Origin: Campylobacterota bacterium
GTDB lineage: Bacteria; Campylobacterota; Campylobacteria; Campylobacterales; Sulfurovaceae
Length of the DNA stretch: 25,521 bases
Assembly: GCA_034722955.1 (NCBI GenBank)
Contig: JAYEOM010000007.1
Location: 1-25,521, forward strand
Direction of reading: 5' to 3'
Part shown: in pieces, positions 7,401-16,816 of the stretch
How the letters are laid out: each line of letters opens with the position of its first letter
Position numbering within the stretch: position 1 is the first letter of the stretch
Position numbers and translations under genes: made by a program
Notes under the pieces: generated by a model
Told to the model about the DNA's origin: nothing
Seen by the model: only the letters and a program-made list of their open reading frames with translations
Databases searched by the model: none

Positions 7401-8959
7401 TATAGATTGATAGAGGAGTGAGATAGTACAGATAGTGATGCATCATTACCCATAGAACCTGTCGCTTCATAAGCAGTATTTGCCATCGGAGTGAGGACGA
7501 TCTTGAGATCCTCTTGTGTATATCCAAAACATTTTTGACGCTGTAGTACTGTTTTGTGGCTAGGTTGTTTTATCTCATGGTTGAGAGCTAAGTCATCTAG
7601 ATTTATCTTCTGCTTCCCTACCCACTCACCGTAGTTATAGACTCCTGATATCTGCTCTTTGATCTCACTATCATCGATGATCCTCCCCTGCTCCAAATCT
7701 GCCAAAAACATCTTGCCGGGCTGTAGTCTCCCCTTGAGAACGATCTCATCAGTCGGGAACTCCAAAGCACCCTGCTCTGATGCCATAACCAAGATATCAT
7801 CTTTGGTCAAAAAATATCGTGAAGGACGGAGACCATTTCTATCTAGTGTAGCACCTACTATCTTACCATCGGTAAACGCTACAGAGGCGGGACCGTCCCA
7901 AGGCTCCATAAATGTAGCGTGATACTCATAAAAAGCTTTACGCTTCTCATCCATCTCTTCATCTCTCCACGCTTCAGGGATCATCATCATCATCACATGC
8001 GGCAAAGAGCGTCCAGCTAGAGTCAATAGCTCTACAACATTATCCAGCACAGATGAGTCTGAACCCTTAGCTTCATTGATAAGGTATGGGTAGATTTTGT
8101 CAAGCTCATCATCACTAAATAGCTTTGATGAGAGCATCGATTGTCTAGCTCTCATCCAGTTGATATTTCCACGAAGTGTATTTATCTCTCCATTGTGTGC
8201 GATATAGCGAAATGGCTGAGCTAGAGGCCAAGAGGGGAAAGTATTGGTAGAGAATCTACTATGTACCAGAGCTATAGCTGATTCATAGTCCGGTTCACTT
8301 AGATCTGCGAAATAGAGAGGTAGCTGCTCTGTGATCAGCTGACCTTTATATGAGATAGTTTTATGTGACATTGAAGGCATATAGAAGTAGCCGGTACCAT
8401 TGATAGGTGAAGCGGTAACTTGTGATTGTGCATATTTACGAATGACAAATAGTTTACGCTCAAATGCTTCAGCATCTTCCAATTCTGGATTTCGTTTGAC
8501 TATGACTTGGTGAACATATGGCTCTACAACCTTGACTGTCTCTCCTAGAGAGTCACTTGAGGTGGGAACCCTCCTCCATCCCAAACACTCTTGACCTAGC
8601 TCTTCGATACAATCTTCGACTATAGTCATGCACTCTGTATAAGCTTGTAGATCTTTGGGCAAAAATACTACACCCACTCCATAGTGACCAAACTCAGGCA
8701 GATCAATCCCATCCTCTCCAAGAACCCTGCGTAAAAACTTATCTGGCATCTGAGTCAATATACCAGCTCCATCGCCAGAGTTTTTCTCAGCACCTACTGC
8801 ACCGCGATGCTCAAGGTTTATGAGAAGCTCTATACCTTTTTCTACGATATTATGCGATTTCTCACCCTTTAGATGTGCGACAAAACCAACACCACAGGCA
8901 TCATGTTCAAACTCTGGATCATAAAGACCCTCACTTTTTGGTAAATATTCAGCTTGCAT
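4448..8959 (-). CDS. gltB: Glutamate synthase large (alpha) subunit
   Basis: DACGVGF (catalytic Cys), HSRFSTNTFPSW, HNGEINT, AQGAKPGEGGQLPG, GCIMMRKCHLNTCPVG 3Fe-4S motif; AAGGAG SD. Confidence 0.98.
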   Translation of the reverse strand: MQAEYLPKSEGLYDPEFEHDACGVGFVAHLKGEKSHNIVEKGIELLINLEHRGAVGAEKNSGDGAGILTQMPDKFLRRVLGEDGIDLPEFGHYGVGVVFLPKDLQAYTECMTIVEDCIEELGQECLGWRRVPTSSDSLGETVKVVEPYVHQVIVKRNPELEDAEAFERKLFVIRKYAQSQVTASPINGTGYFYMPSMSHKTISYKGQLITEQLPLYFADLSEPDYESAIALVHSRFSTNTFPSWPLAQPFRYIAHNGEINTLRGNINWMRARQSMLSSKLFSDDELDKIYPYLINEAKGSDSSVLDNVVELLTLAGRSLPHVMMMMIPEAWRDEEMDEKRKAFYEYHATFMEPWDGPASVAFTDGKIVGATLDRNGLRPSRYFLTKDDILVMASEQGALEFPTDEIVLKGRLQPGKMFLADLEQGRIIDDSEIKEQISGVYNYGEWVGKQKINLDDLALNHEIKQPSHKTVLQRQKCFGYTQEDLKIVLTPMANTAYEATGSMGNDASLSVLSHSSINLYNYFHQLFAQVTNPPIDPIREESVMSLTSYIGPQGNLFQEVDEDRKFIKLKSPILTNEQFEKLSGINEFNFSSKTISIFFDPNREGDMKHALDSVVREASDAVRDGAEVIILSTRGTSKKRAAIPSLLAVSAVHHHLISEGIRTNCGLVIETGEAREIHHFATLLGYGANAINPYLAFETIEDMRKRKMIDESITQEKAVENYITAIGKGIFKIMSKMGISTIRSYTGAQIFEAVGLSQNLVDSYFKGTPTRLEGIDIDTLEEETLICHSVAYPKELVESNDLPVGGEYAYRTRGENHLFTPETIFLLQTSTKNSDYETYKQYAKLINEPQESFVTLRSLLDFKKLDPIDIDEVESIDSIITRFATGAMSYGSISEEAHTTLAVAMNMIGAKSNTGEGGEDAARFGTDKNSKIKQVASGRFGVTANYLINSEEIQIKLAQGAKPGEGGQLPGHKVDEIIGRTRHSTPGVGLISPPPHHDIYSIEDLKQLIHDLKNANNRARINTKLVSEVGVGTIAAGVAKAHSDVVLISGFDGGTGASPQTSIKHAGLPWELGLAETHQTLVKNGLRSRIVVQTDGQLRTGRDIAIATLLGAEEWGVATAALVVEGCIMMRKCHLNTCPVGIATQDKELRAKYTGKPEHVVNYIKFIATELREVMAELGFRTINEMVGRTDKLKAREGVDHWKAKHLQLDKLLHRVHLRSDDTSYNTTSQDHNLAIALDNELIELAKPALEDATAIKKEIRLRNINRTVGTMLSAEMTRKYGEAGLRDDTIYFKAMGSGGQSFGAFVNSGITFEIEGDANDYFGKGLCGGKLILYPPRDATYKADENVILGNVSFYGATSGESYIYGLAGERFCVRNSGAEVVVGAIGDHGCEYMTGGRVVILGEIGKNFAAGMSGGIAYIYDKDNQLSKRINRESVDLDRVEDASDEAELKGMIEKYISYTNSQEAVDILDDWSSSKDAFIKVMPVDYKRVLKEQAQKMREV

Positions 8960-9073
8960 AGCTCTCCTTTTCTCAATACTATAACTCCTAGAGTAGTAGC
9001 AATAATATTTATCTGTAGATAATATCCAAAATTGTATTAAATTAGGCTATTGGTGGCTTCACCCCTTGTATTA

Positions 9074-9233
9074 GGAATGCAAATTAAATAACTACCAACT
9101 TTCAAAGGCAACTAAAAGTACATTTTTAACTCTAGTTTTCCTTGAATTACGGGGAGTAGTCCTGCGTCAAACTATAGCTAAATCTGCACTCTTATTTACC
9201 TATGAAACTTGGCACTTATTTAATTTGCATTCC
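9074..9233. mobile_element. 160-bp MITE-like palindromic element with TTA target-site duplication
   Basis: Perfect 18-bp TIRs GGAATGCAAATTAAATAA (9074-9091 / 9216-9233) extend to 65-bp arms (9074-9138 / 9169-9233, 53/65 matching) around a 30-bp spacer. TTA is present at 9071-9073 and 9234-9236. Confidence 0.85.
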
Positions 9234-9261
9234 TTACTCTATCTATCTTCGTATGCTCAGG

Positions 9262-12117
9262 TTACTCTTTCTCGATTCCCAACTTGCTATATTTTGCCAT
9301 ATCTTCAAACTCCTTCTCTAGATAGTAGCCTGTGTAGCTGCCACTCTTCTGGTGATTTGCTGCTAACTCTTCGGGGCTACCAATATCTATGATCAAGCCA
9401 CCTTTATTGCCGCCTTCTGGTCCCATATCTATGAGATAATCTGCATTTTTGATCATATCTATATTGTGTTCGATGACAATCACGGAGTTTCCTAACTCTA
9501 CTAGATGATGGAGTACCCCAGTTAGTCGATCTACATCAGCAAAATGGAGTCCCGTAGTAGGCTCATCAAGGATATAGAGAGTATTGCCTGTGTCTCTACG
9601 GCTGAGCTCCTTGGCAAGTTTGATGCGCTGGGCTTCACCTCCACTCAGCGTAGTTGCATTTTGCCCTAGGGTAATATAGTCCAACCCTACATCTGTAAGT
9701 GTCTTGAGTTTAGTCGCTATATTTGGGATGGCTTTGAAAAACTCAAGTGCCTCTCCTACGCTCATAGAGAGTACTTCAGCGATATTTTTGCCTCTATAGA
9801 ATACCTCTAAGGTTTGGGCATTGTAGCGTGCTCCAAGACAAGTATCACAACTCACCATCACATCAGGGAGGAAGTGCATCTCTATCTTGATCTGTCCATC
9901 GCCTTGGCACTTTTCGCAGCGTCCTCCTTTGACATTGAAAGAGAATCGACCTATCTTGTATCCACGCAACTCTGCCTCTTTGGTTTGAGAGAAGAGCTTT
10001 CTTATCTCATCCATCATGCCTGTATATGTGGCAGGGTTGGAGCGTGGAGTTCGCCCGATAGGACTCTGGTCTAGGTAGATCACTTTATCTAAATGCTCTA
10101 ACCCTACTATCTCAACGCCATCAACTTTATGAACTTTTTTGGCGTTATTGAGTATCGCTCTTGCTGTAGGGAGCAGTGTTTGCAAAATCAATGAACTCTT
10201 TCCACTTCCGCTGACACCGGTAATACAGACAAAATTTCGCAGAGGTATCTCTGCATCAAGATCACAGATATTGTTCAGTGTGACATTTTTGACCTCTAGC
10301 CAGAGAGATTGTGGGTTGTCATGAGTATAGGATATCGTTTTTTTTCCATAAAGATAGTCTGCTGTCAGAGTCTTAGCTTTAGCCAACTTCTTGCTATCTC
10401 CGGCAAACACGATCTCTCCGCCAAAATCCCCTGCTCCCGGTCCGATATCCACTATATAGTCTGCCGCCATAATCGTCTCTTTGTCATGTTCTACTACTAT
10501 AACGGAGTTGCCTTTGTCTTTGAGTGAGTTGAGTGTACGGATCAGCTTCATGGTATCTCGCTCATGCAGACCTATACTAGGCTCATCTAGGACATACATC
10601 ACACCAGTCAATCCAGAACCTATCTGTGAAGCGATACGGATACGCTGTGCCTCTCCTCCAGATATCGTCCTCGCATCACGACCCAAAGTGATATATCCCA
10701 AACCAACATCATAGAGAAAAAAGAGTCGCTCTTTGATCTCCTTGAGAATAGACTCTGCTATAGTCTGCTGCTGTAGTGTCAAATGAGAAAAATTCCCCTC
10801 CTTTGCAAAATAGGCATAACTCTCTTCAATGGGCAGGTCTATAATGTCTGCAATATTTTTGCCCTCTAACTTAACTGCCAAACTTCTAGGACGCAGGCGG
10901 TGCCCTTGACAAGTATCACACACTTTTTCTGTCATGTACTCATTCATATCTTTTTCATCACTGAACATATCATAAGCAAATTTCACTACACCGGGCCACT
11001 CGCGATTGAGTTCATGCCGTTTCCAGTGGAACTTGACTTCTCCAGGCGTACCATATAGGATCGCTTTTTTATGATGCTCTTGCAGTTTAATATAGGGTAT
11101 ATTTATATCTATACTGTTGTGTTGGCAGAAAGCATTGAGAAATTTCATATAATAGCTTTTGTTGAAACCATACATGATTTTGATAGCTCCTTTATCTATC
11201 GTCAACTCTTGATCTATCACCTTTTTGAGATCAATAGCATAACGAATCCCAAGTCCATCACATGTTTGACAAGCTCCCTTGGGTGAGTTGAAGGAGAATG
11301 ATACAGGCTCTAGAGGTTCAAAACTCAACTTACAATCAAAACATGCCAAGTGCTCAGAGTAGTGTATATGCGACTGATCTATCCCTATCTCTTCGCTATT
11401 GAGAACCTCTAACTCTACCTCACCATAACTCTCTTTGAGTGCTCTCTCTACATCTTGACCGATACGATCTCTACTCTCATCTTTGATCACGACACGATCT
11501 ATCACAACTTTGATAGTATGTTTTTTAGTTTTTGATAGCTCTATCTCTTCATCTAGTCGCACCATAACCCCATCGATCATAGCACGAACATAACCCTTGT
11601 GCCGCAGGGACTCAAGCATATCTGCAAATGAACCTTTCTTCTCTTTGACTAGTGGTGCCAAGATGACCAATTTGGCAGTGTTGGGAAGCTTCAGAACCTG
11701 CTCGATGATATCACTAGCAGACATAGAGGATATAGGTTTGCCACACTCATGACAATGCTGTCGTCCTACACGAGCAAATAGGAGTCTAAGATAGTCATAG
11801 ATCTCTGTGATAGTTCCTACTGTAGAGCGAGGATTTTTGGATGTGGTCTTCTGGTCTATGGCTATGGCAGGTGTCAAGCCATCAATCTTATCGACCTCTG
11901 GTTTGCCTACTTTACCCAAAAATTGTCTAGCATAGCTAGATAGCGACTCGATATAGCGTCTCTGTCCTTCAGCATAAAGTGTTGAAAATGCCAGTGTACT
12001 CTTACCGCTTCCACTAATCCCAGTAAAGACAACAAGCCTGTTTTTAGGAATATTTAGATTTATATTTTTTAGATTATTCTCTCTCGCACCGTAGACTTGT
12101 ATCATATCTCTCTTCAT
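9262..12117 (-). CDS. uvrA: Excinuclease ABC subunit A
   Basis: GARENNLKN, two Walker A motifs (GISGSGKS, GVSGSGKS), two SGGEAQRI signatures, zinc fingers. Confidence 0.98.
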   Translation of the reverse strand: MKRDMIQVYGARENNLKNINLNIPKNRLVVFTGISGSGKSTLAFSTLYAEGQRRYIESLSSYARQFLGKVGKPEVDKIDGLTPAIAIDQKTTSKNPRSTVGTITEIYDYLRLLFARVGRQHCHECGKPISSMSASDIIEQVLKLPNTAKLVILAPLVKEKKGSFADMLESLRHKGYVRAMIDGVMVRLDEEIELSKTKKHTIKVVIDRVVIKDESRDRIGQDVERALKESYGEVELEVLNSEEIGIDQSHIHYSEHLACFDCKLSFEPLEPVSFSFNSPKGACQTCDGLGIRYAIDLKKVIDQELTIDKGAIKIMYGFNKSYYMKFLNAFCQHNSIDINIPYIKLQEHHKKAILYGTPGEVKFHWKRHELNREWPGVVKFAYDMFSDEKDMNEYMTEKVCDTCQGHRLRPRSLAVKLEGKNIADIIDLPIEESYAYFAKEGNFSHLTLQQQTIAESILKEIKERLFFLYDVGLGYITLGRDARTISGGEAQRIRIASQIGSGLTGVMYVLDEPSIGLHERDTMKLIRTLNSLKDKGNSVIVVEHDKETIMAADYIVDIGPGAGDFGGEIVFAGDSKKLAKAKTLTADYLYGKKTISYTHDNPQSLWLEVKNVTLNNICDLDAEIPLRNFVCITGVSGSGKSSLILQTLLPTARAILNNAKKVHKVDGVEIVGLEHLDKVIYLDQSPIGRTPRSNPATYTGMMDEIRKLFSQTKEAELRGYKIGRFSFNVKGGRCEKCQGDGQIKIEMHFLPDVMVSCDTCLGARYNAQTLEVFYRGKNIAEVLSMSVGEALEFFKAIPNIATKLKTLTDVGLDYITLGQNATTLSGGEAQRIKLAKELSRRDTGNTLYILDEPTTGLHFADVDRLTGVLHHLVELGNSVIVIEHNIDMIKNADYLIDMGPEGGNKGGLIIDIGSPEELAANHQKSGSYTGYYLEKEFEDMAKYSKLGIEKE

Positions 12118-12135
12118 ACTGACTCTTACCCTTTC

Positions 12136-12885
12136 TTAGCTCAAAAACATTTTGTATGCCATGATACCGAGAATAAAAATATACATCCCGATAATAAATT
12201 GTTTATGATTTTTGGCATGGATCTTCTCTTTGAACCAAATACCAATATAGACACCAAATAGTGAAGATATACCAATGATAGAACCATTCACTAGATCGAT
12301 CTCGTCATGCAGTAGTCGTCCTATAAAACCAGCTACAGAGGAGAATACAACAAAAAAGAGTCCTGCACTCACTGCTTTTTTGATAGGATAGTGCAGAATA
12401 CCTGAGAGTAGTGGGATCAATATGATCGATCCACCTACACCAATACTGATCGCAATGACACCAATACCTGCACCGATACTAAAGAGCAACCATTTTGGCA
12501 GTGTTTTACTCGGTGTATCCTCATGATGATCAGGTGCCACAGTCAATCGATAGAGAGCAAAACTAACAAAGAACATAAAGGCGTACTGCAGAAGCTGATC
12601 AGGAGCGTAGGCAGATATATAGGTACTTAAGTATCCTCCAACAAAACCACCCAATCCAACAAATATACCATCACCTATCTCAAGACAGCCTTTGCGATGG
12701 TTGAGAAAAGAGCCGAAAATAGAGCTGAACATCATCTGCATGACAGAGATGCTAACTGCTGCCTTCATCTCCATCCCCATCAGCAGCAGTATCGGTACCA
12801 ATACCGTACCGCCCCCAATACCAAAAAATCCAGAGAGTGCCCCAACAACTAGACCTATAAGTGACAGTATCATCTCTTCCATCAT
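12136..12885 (-). CDS. Sulfite exporter TauE/SafE family membrane protein
   Basis: Duplicated G(I/V)GGG-type motifs (SGFFGIGGGTVLVP; SIGVGGSIILIP) and about 8 hydrophobic helices. Confidence 0.9.
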   Translation of the reverse strand: MMEEMILSLIGLVVGALSGFFGIGGGTVLVPILLLMGMEMKAAVSISVMQMMFSSIFGSFLNHRKGCLEIGDGIFVGLGGFVGGYLSTYISAYAPDQLLQYAFMFFVSFALYRLTVAPDHHEDTPSKTLPKWLLFSIGAGIGVIAISIGVGGSIILIPLLSGILHYPIKKAVSAGLFFVVFSSVAGFIGRLLHDEIDLVNGSIIGISSLFGVYIGIWFKEKIHAKNHKQFIIGMYIFILGIMAYKMFLS

Positions 12886-12900
12886 AAATGCCTCTTCCTG

Positions 12901-13863
12901 TTATATTCTGCGGGTATCAGATAGATATGGCTGTGAAAAAAAAGTTGATATCACACTTCGCATCTCTGTGACATCTTCGATACGATTGACTAGATCACGA
13001 AAAGCTGATGCCCCTTGATATCCTGCTTTGGAGTAGGTGTGTAGATGTTTACGAAAAACTGTTGCACCATACTCTCCATAGTGGGCTATCATCTGATCAA
13101 AATGCTCTAGCACTATAGCTTTGACTAGTTGGCTATCTACACTACTGCTTCCCTCTTTCATCTGATGAAAAATCCATGGTTTTCCGATAGCTGCACGCCC
13201 TACCATGATCCCATCTGCACCTGTATGCTCTAATACCCACTTTGCTTTTTCGGGAGAGTCTATATCGCCATTGGCTATGACTGGGATAGTTACTCTATCT
13301 TTGATCTCTCCAATAGCATCATAATCTACCTCCGCTTTGAACTTGCCTGCTCTGGTACGACCATGTACAGCGATAAAATCAACACCACTCTCTTGACATA
13401 CTTTGGCAATCTCTAGATGATTTTTTGCTTCAAAACCAAGGCGGATTTTGACACTGGTATACTCTTTGTTGGAGTATCTCTTGATAGTTTCGATGGCTCT
13501 GCCCATCTTTGGCAGATCAGTTAGGAGCGCACTGCCTGCTAAATTGTTGACTACTTTGGGTACAGGGCAGCCACAGTTTAGATCTATAGCAGTGATCCCC
13601 TCTTGTTCATTGATAAGCTCTACAGCTCGTCTAATCACATCTTCATCAGAACCGGAGATCTGCACAGAGTATGGATCTTCTAGAGGACTTTTTGCTAACA
13701 TTTTGAGAGTTTTTTTACTCTGATAAGCCAATGCATTGGAGCTTAGCATCTCACTGACAGTGAGATCAACACCAAACTTTTTGACTACAGAACGAAAAGG
13801 GAGGTCAGTAAAGCCCGCAAGCGGAGCCAAGACATAGAGTGGTGTAGAAAAATCAATTTTCAT
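12901..13863 (-). CDS. dusB: tRNA-dihydrouridine synthase
   Basis: LAPLAGFTDLPFR, IDLNCGCPVPKV, AVHGRTR, VIANGDI, GIMVGRAAIGKPWIF. Confidence 0.93.
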   Translation of the reverse strand: MKIDFSTPLYVLAPLAGFTDLPFRSVVKKFGVDLTVSEMLSSNALAYQSKKTLKMLAKSPLEDPYSVQISGSDEDVIRRAVELINEQEGITAIDLNCGCPVPKVVNNLAGSALLTDLPKMGRAIETIKRYSNKEYTSVKIRLGFEAKNHLEIAKVCQESGVDFIAVHGRTRAGKFKAEVDYDAIGEIKDRVTIPVIANGDIDSPEKAKWVLEHTGADGIMVGRAAIGKPWIFHQMKEGSSSVDSQLVKAIVLEHFDQMIAHYGEYGATVFRKHLHTYSKAGYQGASAFRDLVNRIEDVTEMRSVISTFFSQPYLSDTRRI

Positions 13864-14887
13864 TGCATACTGCGTAGGAACTTACCATACCTTCTACATT
13901 GTATTTATTATTCATCTTTTTGAGTGTAAAGAGTGCTCGGAAACGGACATATTCATTCTCTCCATGCTCACTCAAAAACTCCTCTACTGCATCAAGCATC
14001 TCATATTCAAAGAGGAGATATAGATATGCTTGATTTGCATTTTCATCCCTCTTTTTGAATCTTCTAAACATATTAAGGTTTGTATCCGGAGAGAACTTCT
14101 TGATACAAACTCTAGCTAGATGCATATACTCTTTGCATCCAAATGGAAGTCCTGCAACAAAGAACTCCATAGTATCTTCAGTCATGCCAACATCTTCGCC
14201 GTTAGCAGCTCTATCAAGCATAATAAAGAAATTCTCAACATCTAAAATATTAATATATTTTTTGGCTTTGAAAAATGTCTCTGTCTCTGCAAAAATCCTT
14301 AGGGCTTTTTTGACAACACTTTTATCATAAGTTGTAGATTGGAGAACCTCCTCTACAAATTTGGGATCAACATCCAATCTATTGAGTGTATTTTTGACTA
14401 CTATAGGGTTCTCTTTAGAGAGTTTCTTGGCTAAGCCCTTCTCTTTTAGGTTGACAAATTCACCCCTCTCTATATCTTTGATCAGAGCTATGATATCATT
14501 GAATTTTTCAGATACACCCTCAGCAGAGCCTTTGATATCAATCGTAGCCTTTGTAAACAGTTTTCCACTGCTTCTGATATCTTGGGTTAAATATTTATGC
14601 TCTTTAGGCTCTTTGAGAAGTGACCAATAGATAGCATCTTTCATAGTCTCTACATCTTTGGACCACTTTTTTCTTGAAAAATAATTTTTCATGCCGTAAT
14701 AGATCATATGAAATATTGAGAAAAAAGCGAGAATAACCATAGGCAAAAGAATCCATACAGCAATAGGCAAATTAAGATCTACGCCAAATAGACGGTGGGT
14801 ATGATCTCCTAAGTGGAGTGTATTTAGATAGGCTCCAGTCAACCCTACAAGAATGAGTGAAAATATGAAGTATAGACCTACACGCAT
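13853..14887 (-). CDS. Conserved Campylobacterota membrane-anchored protein (two N-terminal TM helices plus helical domain)
   Basis: 344-aa ORF with SD AAGGA and a LapA-like N-terminal TM hairpin. It lies between dksA and dus, as recalled for Campylobacter. Confidence 0.75.
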   Translation of the reverse strand: MRVGLYFIFSLILVGLTGAYLNTLHLGDHTHRLFGVDLNLPIAVWILLPMVILAFFSIFHMIYYGMKNYFSRKKWSKDVETMKDAIYWSLLKEPKEHKYLTQDIRSSGKLFTKATIDIKGSAEGVSEKFNDIIALIKDIERGEFVNLKEKGLAKKLSKENPIVVKNTLNRLDVDPKFVEEVLQSTTYDKSVVKKALRIFAETETFFKAKKYINILDVENFFIMLDRAANGEDVGMTEDTMEFFVAGLPFGCKEYMHLARVCIKKFSPDTNLNMFRRFKKRDENANQAYLYLLFEYEMLDAVEEFLSEHGENEYVRFRALFTLKKMNNKYNVEGMVSSYAVCNEN

Positions 14888-14905
14888 GAATTATCCTTTT
14901 AAAAT

Positions 14906-15262
14906 TTAATGATGTTCTTTTTCTGTTATCTCTCGACATGTGATGCAGAAACGAGCAAATATTTTGACTTTCAGTCTCTCTATCCCTATAGGCTCTTCAC
15001 ACATTTCACATATACCATATGTCTCATTTTTTATTTTATCTAAAGCAAGTTCAATTTCTGCTAATTCTTTTCGTTGTTGTTCTAAAATAGCACTATCTAC
15101 TGTTGTCTCAGCTGATACTGCAGCGTGGTCTCCCTCATCTTTGAGATCAAGACTCCTCATCGCTTTTAACTCAAGACTGGTGCCACTAAGGTTTTTTTCT
15201 ATCTGTATTTTTCTGACTTCTAACTGTTCTCTAAAGCTCTCTAACTCTGATTTGCTAAGCAT
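14906..15262 (-). CDS. dksA: RNA polymerase-binding transcription factor DksA
   Basis: DEGDHA (DxxDxA) coiled-coil tip and CEMC...CITC zinc finger. The second ATG (15262) has better spacing from AGGA than 15268. Confidence 0.93.
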   Translation of the reverse strand: MLSKSELESFREQLEVRKIQIEKNLSGTSLELKAMRSLDLKDEGDHAAVSAETTVDSAILEQQRKELAEIELALDKIKNETYGICEMCEEPIGIERLKVKIFARFCITCREITEKEHH

Positions 15263-15277
15263 TGTCATTCCTAAATT

Positions 15278-15742
15278 TTATTTATGATAGGGGTGGTTAT
15301 GATTGATTGCCAAACCTCTAAAGATCTGCTCCATCAATACCACCTTTACCAATTTATGCGAAAGTGTAATTTTACCAAATGATATGACACTATTACATTG
15401 TGTTAAAAAACTCTCCTCAAGCCCGTATGCACCGCCTATATAGAAGTTTGTTTCACCTCTATCCTTAAGCAGATGAGCGAAATCAAAGCTATCGACCTCT
15501 TCTGATGATGGATTAAGTGCGATATTATAACCACTAGATATATATTTATCAAATGCATTAGTGTAGCTCCTCTTTGCCATTTGCGGAGATATATCTTGTG
15601 ACTTGGCAATATGTTTATCAAAGAGTTCTATCACCTCTATCTTGGCAAATGGCTTTGCTATCTTTTTGTAGTGTTCAATCAGAGGGGCATAGAGTTGATC
15701 TCTCCCTTTTTTGTCTATGATAATAACATTGATTTTCAGCAT
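15278..15742 (-). CDS. rlmH: 23S rRNA pseudouridine-1915 N3-methyltransferase (SPOUT)
   Basis: FYIGGAYG, SFGKITLSH, EQIFRG...HPYHK. The true start is MLKINV at 15742; the longer ORF start overlaps perR. Confidence 0.93.
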   Translation of the reverse strand: MLKINVIIIDKKGRDQLYAPLIEHYKKIAKPFAKIEVIELFDKHIAKSQDISPQMAKRSYTNAFDKYISSGYNIALNPSSEEVDSFDFAHLLKDRGETNFYIGGAYGLEESFLTQCNSVISFGKITLSHKLVKVVLMEQIFRGLAINHNHPYHK

Positions 15743-15752
15743 AATAGAGAGG

Positions 15753-16169
15753 TTATGATGAGTTTTGGCACTTTTTGCAGATACCATATAGAGTGATCTG
15801 AGGTTTAGAAAAAGAGAAAGAGCTTTTTTGAGTAAGCAGGAGAAGGGTCTCCTCTGATATGATATCCAGCATCTCATCCTCAACATCAGCACACTTTTCA
15901 CAGATGAGATGAATATGATTTGCTTTTTTTATCTCATATTTTGACTTTTTACCTACTATCGGTACTTCTACCAATAGATCTCTCTGTGTCATCATCAAAA
16001 TATTTTTGTATATTGTTGCGAGGGAGAGATGCGGCAGTGATCTTTGTGTCATCGCATAGACATCATCGATAGAGCTGTGACCAGCTCTCTCTATCATCTC
16101 CAATATTCCTATACGCTGCAGGGTTGCTCTTAAGCCAACCTCTTTTAGTGCCGCACTATAATCTATCAT
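15753..16169 (-). CDS. perR: Fur-family transcriptional regulator, probably PerR
   Basis: GLRATLQR, SLATIYKN, HIHLICEKC and CKKC motifs; directly downstream of ahpC. Confidence 0.8.
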   Translation of the reverse strand: MIDYSAALKEVGLRATLQRIGILEMIERAGHSSIDDVYAMTQRSLPHLSLATIYKNILMMTQRDLLVEVPIVGKKSKYEIKKANHIHLICEKCADVEDEMLDIISEETLLLLTQKSSFSFSKPQITLYGICKKCQNSS

Positions 16170-16204
16170 TCTGCTTAGCCTGCACCTCTCTACTCAAGAT
16201 GGCT

Positions 16205-16801
16205 CTACAGCTCTTGGGCATGCTTGGTAAGATAATCAGCAACACCATCTGTATCTGCTTTCATACCTTCATCACCTTTGACCCAGCCAGCAGGACACAC
16301 TTCACCAAACTCATTGGTAAAGAGCATAGCATCAATCATTCTGAGCATCTCATCGATATTTCTACCTAGTGGAAGATCATTGACTACAGCATGTCTGACA
16401 GTGCCGTCAGCATCGATCAAGAAAGATCCTCTCAATGCAACCGAGTCACCAAGAAGCACATCATAATCTCTAGCGATCTGCTTTGTTAGATCAGCTACAA
16501 GTGGATATTTAACTTGGCCGATGCCACCTTCGTTGACAGGTGTGCTTTTCCAAGCAAAGTGTGAAAATTGAGAATCGATAGAGCATCCGATCACATTGAT
16601 CCCTCTATCTTTGAACTCTTGCAATCTATGATCAAAAGCTATCAACTCTGATGGGCAGACAAAAGTAAAGTCAAGCGGATAGAAGAAGAGTACTGCACCC
16701 TTTTCACCAATATTTTCATAGAGATTGAAGTCTTCAACTATTTGGTTATCACCTAAAACGGCTGTTGCTGTAAAGTCTGGAGCTTTATTTGTTACGATCA
16801 T
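16205..16801 (-). CDS. ahpC: 2-Cys peroxiredoxin (alkyl hydroperoxide reductase C)
   Basis: FYPLDFTFVCPSE and GEVCPAGW motifs. Confidence 0.96.
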   Translation of the reverse strand: MIVTNKAPDFTATAVLGDNQIVEDFNLYENIGEKGAVLFFYPLDFTFVCPSELIAFDHRLQEFKDRGINVIGCSIDSQFSHFAWKSTPVNEGGIGQVKYPLVADLTKQIARDYDVLLGDSVALRGSFLIDADGTVRHAVVNDLPLGRNIDEMLRMIDAMLFTNEFGEVCPAGWVKGDEGMKADTDGVADYLTKHAQEL

Positions 16802-16816
16802 TTTATAATTCCTTAA

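Noticed and set aside
10338..10346. Poly-T run inside uvrA as a phase-variable tract
   Set aside because: The frame is intact (Lys-Lys codons), and A/T runs are expected in this AT-rich genome.
15743..15901. 53-codon N-terminal extension of rlmH in the ORF track
   Set aside because: It overlaps perR in another frame; RlmH similarity begins at MLKINV (15742).
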